Shown here: positions 47,352-56,800 of the stretch, one piece after another
How the letters are laid out: every line of letters starts with the position of its first letter
Numbering within the stretch: position 1 is the stretch's first letter
From: Oscillospiraceae bacterium
GTDB taxonomy: Bacteria > Bacillota > Clostridia > Oscillospirales > Oscillospiraceae
Length of the DNA stretch: 64,000 nt
Assembly (NCBI GenBank): GCA_022794215.1
Contig: JAAWEH010000028.1
Location: 2,636 to 66,635, forward strand
Reading direction: 5' to 3'
Notes under the pieces: model-generated
Seen by the model: only the letters and a program-made list of their open reading frames with translations
What the model was told of the DNA's origin: nothing
Database searches by the model: none
Translations under genes and position numbers: made by a program

Positions 47352-49965
47352 ATATTTGTCCCCACAAGAGTTGGAAGAAGGGCCGTTTCCATTGGGGCAG
47401 AGCGGTTTTCACTCTTTTTACTTCGTCTGTTAAGAGGGCGAGGGCTTGCGCGTGCTCGGCCTGGGTGATGGTGTGCTGGCTGAATTTGGCCTTTTCCGCC
47501 AGGGCGGTCAATTCTGCGCTTTCCCTTCCGCCCCAATACTTTAGGCTCCGGTGACAGCTGTAGATCCAGCAGACGGCGGCGTTTCGGTTCGCCTCATTCC
47601 GGAGCCGGCGGCCCCTTCGTTTCAACCCCATATAACGACCCAAAAGAAGGCATAAAAGGGCAAAAAGTGCGGTTAAAAAATATTTCATTTCGGAAGGAAT
47701 TTTCCATTCCCCGCCCCCCTGTCCTCCCGGGGAATTCCCGGCCTGGGAAGTAGGGCTGGGAGTGGGCGTCACCCCCTCCGGAGTTGCCGAAGGTGTGGGG
47801 GTGGGGGCGGCGGTGGGAACGGGGGTGGGACTGGGGGTGGGCGCCGCACTTTGGAGGGGCTCCGTACTTTGGGTGGGGCTTTCGCCCAGGGCGTCGCCCA
47901 TGGCGTTGCCCTGGTAGCCGGGGGTCGCCTCCTGGGGGATCCAGCCCACGCCGTCTCGGTAGTACTCCACCCAGGCGTGGGCGGCGTAGTCGGTGACCTC
48001 GGTCTTGCCCGAGTGGGGCACGTCGGCCACGTAGCCGCTGACATAGCGGGCGGGGATGCCCGCGGCCCGCAGCAGAAGGGCGGCGGCGCTGGCGTAGTGC
48101 ATACAGTAGCCCCGGCGGCTGTGGTTGAGGAACCAATCCACATAGTCCTCCCCGGCGGGCGGGGCGGAGGCTCCCAGGTCATAGCTGGTGGTTTCCGCCA
48201 GACGGTTCACCACCAGATCCAGCATAAGGGATACATAGGTGCTGCGGTAGGCCTCCAGCTCCCCCTGGGTGACGACGGTGGCCTCAATCTCCTCCGGAGA
48301 GGGGCCGCTGGTATACCACTCTGCCGGGGTTCCCTCTCTGAGGATCACTCCATCGCCAAGCTGGGTGTTTTCTTCCAGGCCGGCCTCCCCATAGTAAAAA
48401 CTATATTCATCCTGATCCCAAACACCGGAGGCCCACGCCTGCCAGCGTCCCTCCTGCCAGTTTTCATAGGCCACCACATAGCGAACGCAATCCTCCAGGG
48501 TGGAAAAGGAATAGCCCAGGGCCTCCCCGGTGGCCTGGCGCAGCCAGTCCTCCAGAATGGGGCGCAGGTTTTCCGGCACTTGGAGCTGATGAGCATAGAC
48601 AAAGTCCCGGTAGGCACTGTCGTCGCTGAAACTCTCATAGTAACCGCCGCCGTCGCTATAATAGCTGTAATAGCTGCCCCGGTAATGGATATCCCGCTCC
48701 CAGCCGGAGTAGAAGGAAATCTCATGGGCCCACACGCCCCCCTCCCGCTCCAGGTGGGAGTCGCCGCCAAAGGCAGCCCCTTCCGGAAGGGCGGCCAGGG
48801 CATAGGGGTAATAGACACAGCCGCCGGGAGCGGATACATTCTCCACCGTCATGGTGTCGGTCACGGCTCGGGCCTCCACCACCCGATCCTTCAGAATACT
48901 GCGATAGCTTTTGAGCTGGCTGGCTCCCTCTCCCAGCAAAAGGAGGGGCTCTACGCCGGCGGCCCGGATGGCCTCCAGCTCCTCCTGAGCCTCCCGGCCC
49001 AAAGGCTCCCAGCGGCGGGAAGTGTATACGTCGGCAGAGTAGCCCCGGAGATAGTATTTCCCCGGGCGGCTGCACTCTAAGCGCAGGGCCACCCGGCCGG
49101 TCCGGCTGGGGCCGCTGCCGGAGAGATTCACATACTCTGTCGAGCCCGAGCCCGTCCAAAAGCCTCCCCAGCGGGTCACCATGGCGGAGAGATCCATGCG
49201 GCTGACCCCGCCGATAACGCCCTCCCGCAGGTCGGCGGCCCAGAGGGGCTGGCTCGTTCCCTGGATGGGCAGGTTTTGGAGGAGAAGGGCCGCGGTGATA
49301 AGGCTCACCCCCAGGGCCATGGGCCGGAGGCAGGCCGCCCCCTTTCGATCTCTCTTCTCCGCCAGAGATGTGAGCACCAGAGTGCTCCACACCGCCAGGA
49401 GAAGAGCCGCAGGGTAAGCCTGGGGCGCCTCAGTCACGCAGAGGGCAGGCAAAATGGGCAGCAGGGTGAGGAGGATCACGGGCAAAGCCGCCCCCACCCG
49501 GCAGATGAGATAGGCCAAAACCAGGGCAAAAATGACCCCTACCATCACGATCCACAAGGTAGTGAGCCAGAACCAGGTCTCCTTCGGCAGCTCCATGACC
49601 GGCATGATGGGGGTAACATTCGGCAGTTTGGCGGCTATGGTGTTCACCACATCGCACTGGATGCGGGTTCCGCCCCACACCAGCGGCTCCCACAGCCGCC
49701 AGAGGCCATAGCCCCAGATGCACAGAAGCAGGAGGACACAGAGGCGGCGGAACCTGGGCAGGTTCATCAAAAGCACCATCAGCACGGCCAGGATCCCCGA
49801 CAGGGCCAGAAGGACATGTTCCCGGGTCTCGATATGATAGGCGCTCACCGTTGAGAGAAGGGTGGCAACCAGGCAAAGAAACAGGAGGGCGACATCGGTA
49901 AGGCCGCCCATGAAGCCCCGGGAGACCGGGACGGAACGGGATCTGTGCGGTTTGCGGAGCTTCAT
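47350..49965 (-). CDS. Polytopic membrane protein with a transglutaminase-like domain
   Basis: N-terminal TM bundle; GYCMHYA, GIPARYVSGY, HAWVE, EATPG; P/T linker and C-terminal TM. Confidence 0.88.
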   Translation of the reverse strand: MKLRKPHRSRSVPVSRGFMGGLTDVALLFLCLVATLLSTVSAYHIETREHVLLALSGILAVLMVLLMNLPRFRRLCVLLLLCIWGYGLWRLWEPLVWGGTRIQCDVVNTIAAKLPNVTPIMPVMELPKETWFWLTTLWIVMVGVIFALVLAYLICRVGAALPVILLTLLPILPALCVTEAPQAYPAALLLAVWSTLVLTSLAEKRDRKGAACLRPMALGVSLITAALLLQNLPIQGTSQPLWAADLREGVIGGVSRMDLSAMVTRWGGFWTGSGSTEYVNLSGSGPSRTGRVALRLECSRPGKYYLRGYSADVYTSRRWEPLGREAQEELEAIRAAGVEPLLLLGEGASQLKSYRSILKDRVVEARAVTDTMTVENVSAPGGCVYYPYALAALPEGAAFGGDSHLEREGGVWAHEISFYSGWERDIHYRGSYYSYYSDGGGYYESFSDDSAYRDFVYAHQLQVPENLRPILEDWLRQATGEALGYSFSTLEDCVRYVVAYENWQEGRWQAWASGVWDQDEYSFYYGEAGLEENTQLGDGVILREGTPAEWYTSGPSPEEIEATVVTQGELEAYRSTYVSLMLDLVVNRLAETTSYDLGASAPPAGEDYVDWFLNHSRRGYCMHYASAAALLLRAAGIPARYVSGYVADVPHSGKTEVTDYAAHAWVEYYRDGVGWIPQEATPGYQGNAMGDALGESPTQSTEPLQSAAPTPSPTPVPTAAPTPTPSATPEGVTPTPSPTSQAGNSPGGQGGGEWKIPSEMKYFLTALFALLCLLLGRYMGLKRRGRRLRNEANRNAAVCWIYSCHRSLKYWGGRESAELTALAEKAKFSQHTITQAEHAQALALLTDEVKRVKTALPQWKRPFFQLLWGQI

Positions 49966-50951
49966 GGGGGATCACCTCCCACACCGGGAGATCCCACGGG
50001 CTTTAGGTGAAGCGTATGATCCAGATGGGCCTCATCCAGTACGGAGCGGCCGTTCAAGGGGGCGTTCCGGGAAAGGATGGCCTCCAGACAGAGGATCTGC
50101 TGCCCTTCCCCATCCACAGAGAAGCGGCGCAGCTCCCCCGTAACAGGATCGGCCCAGGTGACCGCGTGGGGCCGGTTTTCCCCCAGCAGGGCGGTACTGA
50201 CTCCGGAGAGAAGATCCAGGGTTTGATCCAGGGTATCCGGGTCGCCAAAGCAGTCGAAGCTCAGCAAGGGCAGGGTACGGACGGTCTCCAGGGTCTCCCG
50301 GGTCACCAGTTCATCCCGCTTGGCGGAGAGCTTCCAGTGGATGGAGCTCAGAGGATCCCCGGGACGGTACTGGCGGGGATCATAGTCCTCTCCCGGGCCT
50401 CCGCCGGGGCGGGGGCGCAGGCCGGGGGCCTCCTCCTGAGGGATGGGGGGAAGATCCCGGGACTGGGACAGGGGGAAGATCCACTGCCGGGCCGTCCCTT
50501 TCCGGCGGAGAGGGAGCCAGAATAGGCCCAGGCTGTCTGCCGCCCAAGCGTGGATCAGCTTTCCCTCCAAAAGGCCGCAGTGATCCGAGGGGGCGGGTAT
50601 GTATACCTTCCCGCCCTCTCCGGGGCAAAACCAAGTCTGTTTTTTCTTTTTCTCCTGTCCGGTCAGGACATTTTGGGTGCGCACCGTCACCTTTATCCGA
50701 CCCAGGGGCAGCCCCAGGGGGCTCTCCCCCGCGACGATCCAGCCGGCGCTCTGCCCCCGCTCCTTTCGGGGCTCTGCCGCTGTCAGCACCAGCCGACCGG
50801 TCAGTACCCCCGGCAGGGCTGCGGCCAGCCCCATCAGAGGAAAACAGAGCACCAGGGCGAAAACCACCCCGGCCAGCCAGCCGGTATAGGCCACCCGGAA
50901 GGCCAGGGCCCCCACCAGGGCCAAGAGATAGCAAAGCCAACGCCCCATCAT
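49962..50951 (-). CDS. DUF58 protein
   Basis: RQYRPGDPLSSIHWKLSAK motif. Confidence 0.9.
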   Translation of the reverse strand: MMGRWLCYLLALVGALAFRVAYTGWLAGVVFALVLCFPLMGLAAALPGVLTGRLVLTAAEPRKERGQSAGWIVAGESPLGLPLGRIKVTVRTQNVLTGQEKKKKQTWFCPGEGGKVYIPAPSDHCGLLEGKLIHAWAADSLGLFWLPLRRKGTARQWIFPLSQSRDLPPIPQEEAPGLRPRPGGGPGEDYDPRQYRPGDPLSSIHWKLSAKRDELVTRETLETVRTLPLLSFDCFGDPDTLDQTLDLLSGVSTALLGENRPHAVTWADPVTGELRRFSVDGEGQQILCLEAILSRNAPLNGRSVLDEAHLDHTLHLKPVGSPGVGGDPP

Positions 50952-50955
50952 ACTT

Positions 50956-51882
50956 TTAAGCGATGGCGGGGGCGGACACTTGCTTCAGAGCGTCCCCCGC
51001 CGGATCCGCCCCCTCCGAAACACCCCGGCCGGTGAGCAGGAGGCGGTGGGAAACGGTATCCCGGAAAATCCCCTTCACGTCCTGGGGAACCACGTAATCC
51101 CGGCCCTGAACCCAGGCCATGGCCCGGGACATGGCGGCCACCGCCAATGTCGCCCGGGGACTTCCCCCCTGATAAACCAGGGGGTGGGTTCGGGTGGCGG
51201 CGGTAAGGCGCACCATATACTGGGCGATCTCATCGCTGATATAGACTCCCGCCACCTGCTGCCGGACCAGCTCCAGGCCCGGGCCGTCGGTGATCTGCTT
51301 CACCGCCTCCATGGGATTGCCCCTTTGCTTCCGGCGGAGCATCTCCACCTCGTTTTCCTCATCGGGATAGCCCAGGGAGAGGCGAACCATGAAGCGGTCC
51401 ATCTGGGAGTCGGGCAAGGGTTGGGTTCCCGAGGCCCCCGCCGGGTTCTGGGTGGCGATGACCAGGAAGGGGCGGGGTACCGGGCGGCTGACGCCGTCCA
51501 CGGTGACCTGGCCCTCCTCCATGGCCTCCAGGAGGGCGGACTGGGTTCGGGAGGTGGCCCGGTTGAGTTCGTCGGCCAGGAAGAGGTTGCACAGCAGGGC
51601 GCCTGGTTGGTAGTCCATGGCGCCGGTCTCCTTGTTGTAAATGGAAAAACCCGTCAGGTCGGAGGGCATGACGTCGGGCGTGAACTGAACCCGCTTGTAG
51701 GTAAGGCCCAGAGCCTTGGAGAAGGCCACCGCCAGAGTGGTCTTGCCCACGCCGGGGATGTCCTCCATGAGAATGTGGCCCCCGGCCAGAATCGCCAGAA
51801 GCGCTTTGGCAAGGATCTCGTCCTTGCCAACCACGGCTTTGCGCACCTCGTTCAATACGTTTGTCGCCAGATCGTTGGTCAT
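50956..51882 (-). CDS. moxR: MoxR-family AAA+ ATPase
   Basis: PGVGKT, RVQFTPD..PSD, ADELNR, TQSALLEAMEE, ATQNP, DRF. Confidence 0.94.
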   Translation of the reverse strand: MTNDLATNVLNEVRKAVVGKDEILAKALLAILAGGHILMEDIPGVGKTTLAVAFSKALGLTYKRVQFTPDVMPSDLTGFSIYNKETGAMDYQPGALLCNLFLADELNRATSRTQSALLEAMEEGQVTVDGVSRPVPRPFLVIATQNPAGASGTQPLPDSQMDRFMVRLSLGYPDEENEVEMLRRKQRGNPMEAVKQITDGPGLELVRQQVAGVYISDEIAQYMVRLTAATRTHPLVYQGGSPRATLAVAAMSRAMAWVQGRDYVVPQDVKGIFRDTVSHRLLLTGRGVSEGADPAGDALKQVSAPAIA

Positions 51883-52065
51883 TGGGGTCGTTCCTTTCTT
51901 ATGTATGTGGGCGTTTTTTATTTTGACGCAGAAAAAGTCGGTTTGTTCCCTTATGGTCCAGGGGTTTCCTTTCTGCCCTTCTTGGCTTTTTTATCATAGT
52001 ACCGCTTCTTACGGAAATCAATTTCATTTCAGAGACAAAGCGGCAACAAAAAGGAAACGGCCCCT

Positions 52066-52536
52066 TCAGCGGATGACCAGGGTGCGGCAGTAGAGCTCTC
52101 CGCCGCGTTCCTCAATGACGCCGCAGGTGGCTTGGGGGTAGCCGCTGCAGGTGCCCGGGTTCAGCACCCACAGGGGGCCTTCCCGGAAACAGAGGGGCTC
52201 GTGGGTATGGCCAAAGAGGACAACAGCGGCTCCCCTGCTCCGGGCCTCGGAGAGGAGAAGGCCGACGCTCAGCTTTACGTGGTAGGCATGGCCGTGACAC
52301 ATCCAGAGCTTCCGGCCCAGGAAGGACAGCTCCTTCTCCTCGGGGGCTTCGCCCCAGGAGCCGTCGCAGTTGCCCCGGACCATCTCCACGGGAATGGTGG
52401 GATAGCGATCCTGGAGGCGTTCTGCGTCCCGGCTTACGTCCCCCAGATGGAGGATGCAATCGGGCTTTTCCTGCTCCACCGCTTTTTTCATGTAGTCCAG
52501 ATTTCCATGGGAGTCGGAGAAAACGATCCACTTCAT
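52066..52536 (-). CDS. YfcE-family metallophosphoesterase
   Basis: SDSHG, GD, GNCD, HGH, GHTH, NPG. Confidence 0.9.
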   Translation of the reverse strand: MKWIVFSDSHGNLDYMKKAVEQEKPDCILHLGDVSRDAERLQDRYPTIPVEMVRGNCDGSWGEAPEEKELSFLGRKLWMCHGHAYHVKLSVGLLLSEARSRGAAVVLFGHTHEPLCFREGPLWVLNPGTCSGYPQATCGVIEERGGELYCRTLVIR

Positions 52537-52608
52537 ATGCTGTCACCTTTCCTGGATCCACTCATATAATAGAGGGAAACCAACTATATTTACCGGGAGG
52601 AACCTGTT

Positions 52609-52887
52609 ATGAGCCAACCTGATCCCACCTTGAAAGAATTGTCTAAGGATCCCAAGGCTGCACAGCTTTTGGGGGATACCGCCGCTTTGAAGTCGCTGCT
52701 GGCTTCCCCGGAGACGCAGAAGCTGGTCTCCCTGCTCAACCAGAAGGGAGGCGGCGGGCTTCAGGCGGCGGCCAAGGCGGCGGCCAAAGGACAGCCTGAC
52801 GCTTTGATGGGGATTCTGAACCAGGTCATGGCCAGTCCGGAAGGGGCCCAGGCAGCGGAAGCTTTTCAGAAAAAGACCCAGCAGTAA
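52609..52887 (+). CDS. Hypothetical helical protein (92 aa)
   Basis: SD GGGAGG; first gene of a three-gene operon. Confidence 0.75.
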   Translation: MSQPDPTLKELSKDPKAAQLLGDTAALKSLLASPETQKLVSLLNQKGGGGLQAAAKAAAKGQPDALMGILNQVMASPEGAQAAEAFQKKTQQ

Positions 52888-52917
52888 TTTCAGCCCTTTT
52901 GAGAGGGGGAGCATACT

Positions 52918-53388
52918 TTGGCGGATCTTCAGGAACAATTACAGGCCATTTTAGGCGACCCCGAGGCCATGGGCCAGATCACCGCCATCGCCCGCGCCCT
53001 TACCGGGGGCGGGCCCATTCCCCAGGCTCCTCCTGTCAATCCGGAGCCGGAGGCCCAGGATGTGGAGTTTGTGCCGGTGGACGACCCCGCCCCCGAGCCT
53101 GAACCGGCACAGGCTGAACCGATGCCTGATCTATCTGCCCTCCTCGGTATGCTGGGCGCAGGGGGCGGGATGGACATTGACCCGCGGCTGCTGCAACTGG
53201 CGGTGCGGGTATTCAGCGAATACTCGGCCCAGGACAACGAGAAGGTGGCACTGCTGACGTCCCTCAAGCCTTTTCTCCGTGCTGAGCGGCTGGAGAAAAT
53301 GGAGAAGGCAGAAAAGATCGCCCGGCTGTCCCGGATGGTGCGCCTGGCCATCCAGCTTCTGAAGGAGGAGGGAGAGGGGCATGTATAA
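52918..53388 (+). CDS. Hypothetical protein (156 aa)
   Basis: TTG start after GAGGGGGAG; ILGDPEAM..I and LL.SLKPFL..ER segments; overlaps the next gene. Confidence 0.75.
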   Translation: MADLQEQLQAILGDPEAMGQITAIARALTGGGPIPQAPPVNPEPEAQDVEFVPVDDPAPEPEPAQAEPMPDLSALLGMLGAGGGMDIDPRLLQLAVRVFSEYSAQDNEKVALLTSLKPFLRAERLEKMEKAEKIARLSRMVRLAIQLLKEEGEGHV

Positions 53389-53626
53389 CCCTTATCTGTC
53401 CCAGAGCTGGGAGGAGCGGATGGGGCCCTCCCCCAGGCGAAAAGAGCCAAAAAAGGACACCCAGGAGAAGAAAAAGGGCCTTGCGGGGCTTTTGGGGGAT
53501 CTCCGCTTGGAGGAGATCGACACGGGGGATGTGCTGCTGCTTTTGATCCTGCTGTTCCTCTTTTTGGACGACCGGGAGGACAACCTGGAGCTGCTGATCA
53601 CCCTGGGGCTGATGCTGATCCTATGA
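53381..53626 (+). CDS. Hypothetical small protein with a Leu-rich hydrophobic C-terminus (81 aa)
   Basis: SD GGAGAGG; DTGDVLLLLILLFLF. Confidence 0.7.
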   Translation: MYNPYLSQSWEERMGPSPRRKEPKKDTQEKKKGLAGLLGDLRLEEIDTGDVLLLLILLFLFLDDREDNLELLITLGLMLIL

Positions 53627-53670
53627 TCAAGTGCGAAAACGGGCCAGTGAAACCACCGGCCCGTTTTTTG

Positions 53671-54420
53671 CTATTGCTCCCCCACGCTGTGGAGAACCGT
53701 GCCGTCCGGCAGGGCAAAGGAGGCCGACGCCGGCACCGGAACCTCCGGGACGCCGGCGGTCATAGCCCAGACCAGCTCTCCGCCTGTCTCGGTCTCCGCC
53801 GCGGTGAGAAGGCCGCTGTTTGCGGAGATCCAATAGCGCTCCAACTGCTCCAGCTCGGGGACGGAAACCTCTACATAGACGCAGGCTTCACCGTTTTTCT
53901 CCTCGTAGCCGGCGGCGGTGATGGATTGGGCGGGCAGATCCAGTACGTCCTCGTAGGTGGGAATCCGCTGGCCTTCCACGTCCATGGAAGAGCTTCCCGC
54001 GGCCCAGGTTGCTACGGACGGATCATTTCCGTACCAGCGCCAGAGCTGCCCGTCCCCTACAATGGTATGAACCGTCAGGCCGGAGGGAAGATCCATGTCG
54101 GCCCGGGTCCAACCGGCGTCCACCCAGACCCGGGCAGTGGCGGTGGCCCCCTCCAGCGTGGTGGTGACGGTACGGGAATAGCTGCTCAGCCGATCCATGA
54201 CGGCGATGACGCTCTGGACGGTGGCTGTCGTTACCTCCACCCGGGTCCCGCCCCCCTGCTCCATGCTGTCCGGGCGCTCGGTTCCGGCGGGAATCGGAGT
54301 GGGAAGGGTGATGGTGGGGGTGGGGGTGGCAAACAGGGGCAGGCCAAAGCTGGAAAAGACCGCCACGGCGATCACAATGGCGATGAGACCCACAAGGATA
54401 TTGCGGTTGCGGCGTTCCAC
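53671..54420 (-). CDS. Membrane-anchored extracellular protein, possibly LolA/LppX-like fold
   Basis: N-terminal TM, P/T linker, beta-rich body ending YWIS...GLL...E and F.LP. Confidence 0.6.
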   Translation of the reverse strand: MERRNRNILVGLIAIVIAVAVFSSFGLPLFATPTPTITLPTPIPAGTERPDSMEQGGGTRVEVTTATVQSVIAVMDRLSSYSRTVTTTLEGATATARVWVDAGWTRADMDLPSGLTVHTIVGDGQLWRWYGNDPSVATWAAGSSSMDVEGQRIPTYEDVLDLPAQSITAAGYEEKNGEACVYVEVSVPELEQLERYWISANSGLLTAAETETGGELVWAMTAGVPEVPVPASASFALPDGTVLHSVGEQ

Positions 54421-54482
54421 TGACTTGTCCCCCCTTCCTTCAAAATTCTTGTGGCAAAAGGCGCCCCCAGAGGGCGCTCTTT

Positions 54483-55631
54483 TTAGGCCTGGAACTGTTC
54501 CGGAACAGCGGTTCTAAGGCCAAAGGCATATTCGACGGCCTCGGCAATGCGCCGGCAGGCATGACCGTCGCCATAGGGGTTCACGGCGTGGGCCATGGCG
54601 TCGTAGGCCGCCTTGTCTGTGATGAGCTGGGAGGCCAGGGTGACCACAGTCTCCTCGTCGGTGCCGGCCAGTTTAACCGTACCGGCACTCACCGCCTCGG
54701 GCCGCTCGGTCTCCCGGCGCAGGACAAGCACCGGTTTGCCCAGGGCGGGGGCCTCTTCCTGAAGCCCGCCGGAGTCGGTCATGACAAAACTGCAGCGGGC
54801 CATCAGGTTGTGCATCTCCTCCACGTCGATGGGATCAATGAGGTGGATGCGCTCATGGCCGGACAGGAACTTCCCCGCCGCCTGACGCACCACGGGGGAC
54901 AGGTGCACCGGGTAGACAAGCTCCACCTGGGGATAGGTCTCCACGATCCAGCGCAGGGCGGTCATGATATGCTCCATGGGCGCTCCGTAGTTTTCCCGGC
55001 GGTGGCAGGTAACGGCGATGACGGTCTTGCCCTTGTAGTCCAGCCGATTCAAAATCTCCGTGGGAAAGCGAAAATCAGGGCGCACGGTGGTGGCCATGGC
55101 GTCGATGACCGTATTGCCGGTCAAAAAGACTCCCTTGGTGACGCCTTCCCGGGCCAGGTTGTCCCGGTTGGCGGCGGTGGGGCTGAAATGAAGATCCGCC
55201 AGATCCCCCACCAGGGTGCGGTTCATCTCCTCGGGGAAGGGGGAATATTTGTCGTAGGTTCGCAGCCCCGCCTCCACATGACCTATCTTGATCTGGCTGT
55301 AGAAGGCGGCCAGGGCGGAGGAAAAGGCGGTGGTTGTGTCCCCGTGAACCAGCACCAGATCAGGCTTGGCCTCAGCAAACACCTTCTCCAAGCCCAGCAA
55401 ACACTTGGTGGTAATGGTGGAGAGGGTCTGGCCCGGCTCCATGATATTCAGGTCAAAGTCGGGGGTAATTTGGAAGATCTCCAGCACGCTGTCCAGCATC
55501 TCCCGGTGCTGGGCAGTAACGCAGCAAAGGCTTTCGATCCCTTCCCGTTCAGACAGGGTCTTTACCAGGGGGGCCATTTTAATGGCCTCGGGCCGGGTTC
55601 CGAAAACGGACATGACACGGATAGGCTTCAT
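54483..55631 (-). CDS. wecB: UDP-GlcNAc 2-epimerase (non-hydrolysing)
   Basis: FGTRPEAIKMAP, VHGDT, HVEAGLRT, PFPEE.NR, HRREN, TDSGGLQEEA. Confidence 0.96.
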   Translation of the reverse strand: MKPIRVMSVFGTRPEAIKMAPLVKTLSEREGIESLCCVTAQHREMLDSVLEIFQITPDFDLNIMEPGQTLSTITTKCLLGLEKVFAEAKPDLVLVHGDTTTAFSSALAAFYSQIKIGHVEAGLRTYDKYSPFPEEMNRTLVGDLADLHFSPTAANRDNLAREGVTKGVFLTGNTVIDAMATTVRPDFRFPTEILNRLDYKGKTVIAVTCHRRENYGAPMEHIMTALRWIVETYPQVELVYPVHLSPVVRQAAGKFLSGHERIHLIDPIDVEEMHNLMARCSFVMTDSGGLQEEAPALGKPVLVLRRETERPEAVSAGTVKLAGTDEETVVTLASQLITDKAAYDAMAHAVNPYGDGHACRRIAEAVEYAFGLRTAVPEQFQA

Positions 55632-56719
55632 TTTCTCTCCTCCTCTTCCCCCGCGTCCTCTTTGGGCCGGTGGGCGCCTTGAAAGATGCTCAGGGCCACC
55701 GCTCCTGCCACGCAGAAGGCAAAGAGGAGCAGCATGGCCTTTACCGCGCCGCTGGTGGTGAGCACCACGGCGGAGAGGCCCAGGATCGCGGTGATGACAT
55801 ACAGCACCGCCACCGCCTGCTTCTGGGAAAAGCCCATGTCGATGAGCCGGTGATGAACGTGGCTCCGGTCGGCGTGCATGGGGCTTTGACCGTGAGCAAT
55901 GCGGCGGATGAAGGCAAAACAGGTATCGAAAATGGGAAGGCCAAAGAGGAGGAAGGGCACCACGAAGGAGATAAGGGTGTACATTTTGAAAAGGCCCTGG
56001 ACGGAAATCACCGCCAGAATATACCCCAGGAAAGTAGAGCCGGTATCCCCCATGAAGATCTTGGCCGGGTTCATGTTGTAGGGCAAAAAGCCCAGGCAGC
56101 CGCCGGCCAGGGCCGCCACCAGGAGGGCTACCTGGGGTTCCCCCAGCAGCAGGGCGATGACCAGAAGGGTCATGGAGCTGATGGAGCTGACGCCGCAGGC
56201 CAGACCGTCCAAGCCGTCGATCAGGTTGACGGCATTGGTCATACCCACGATCCACACCACCGTGACCGGGATGGAAAGCCACCCCAGAACCCAGTAAGGA
56301 TCGGAGGAAAAAACATTGGGGTTGGACAGGGCCTCGATCTGGTTGCCGGCGCACACGGCGATGAGGGCGGCCACGATCTGCACCCCCAGTTTGAACTTGG
56401 CCCGCAGGTCATAGATATCGTCAAAGACGCCCAGCACCACGATGATGACCGCACCCAGAAGAGCTCCCTGGAGCTGTGTGGTCATGGGCACAAAGATGAG
56501 GGTGCTGAGCAAAAAGCCCAACACGATGGCCAGGCCTCCCATCCGGGGAATGGGGTTGGAGTGCATCCGCCGCTCCGGGTCCTTATCCTTCCGGGGGTCG
56601 TCCACCGCTCCCATCCGCACCGCCAGGTTCCGCACCACGGGGGTGAGGATCAGGGCGATGAGGAAAGAGGCACCTAAGGCCGCGGCTACGCGGCCGATCA
56701 GTTCCAATGAAATAGGCAT
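55628..56719 (-). CDS. tagO: Undecaprenyl-phosphate GlcNAc-1-phosphate transferase (TagO/WecA)
   Basis: P.MGG, DD, NAVNLIDGLDGLA, IFMGDTGS, DRSHVHHRL. Confidence 0.9.
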   Translation of the reverse strand: MPISLELIGRVAAALGASFLIALILTPVVRNLAVRMGAVDDPRKDKDPERRMHSNPIPRMGGLAIVLGFLLSTLIFVPMTTQLQGALLGAVIIVVLGVFDDIYDLRAKFKLGVQIVAALIAVCAGNQIEALSNPNVFSSDPYWVLGWLSIPVTVVWIVGMTNAVNLIDGLDGLACGVSSISSMTLLVIALLLGEPQVALLVAALAGGCLGFLPYNMNPAKIFMGDTGSTFLGYILAVISVQGLFKMYTLISFVVPFLLFGLPIFDTCFAFIRRIAHGQSPMHADRSHVHHRLIDMGFSQKQAVAVLYVITAILGLSAVVLTTSGAVKAMLLLFAFCVAGAVALSIFQGAHRPKEDAGEEEERK

Positions 56720-56800
56720 GGTGTTTTCTCCTTGTTCCGGCCTCTGGCCGGAGGGTTTCTATCTGTAGGATCGGATTTGTTTGCCGCCAAAGGCGGGCCT

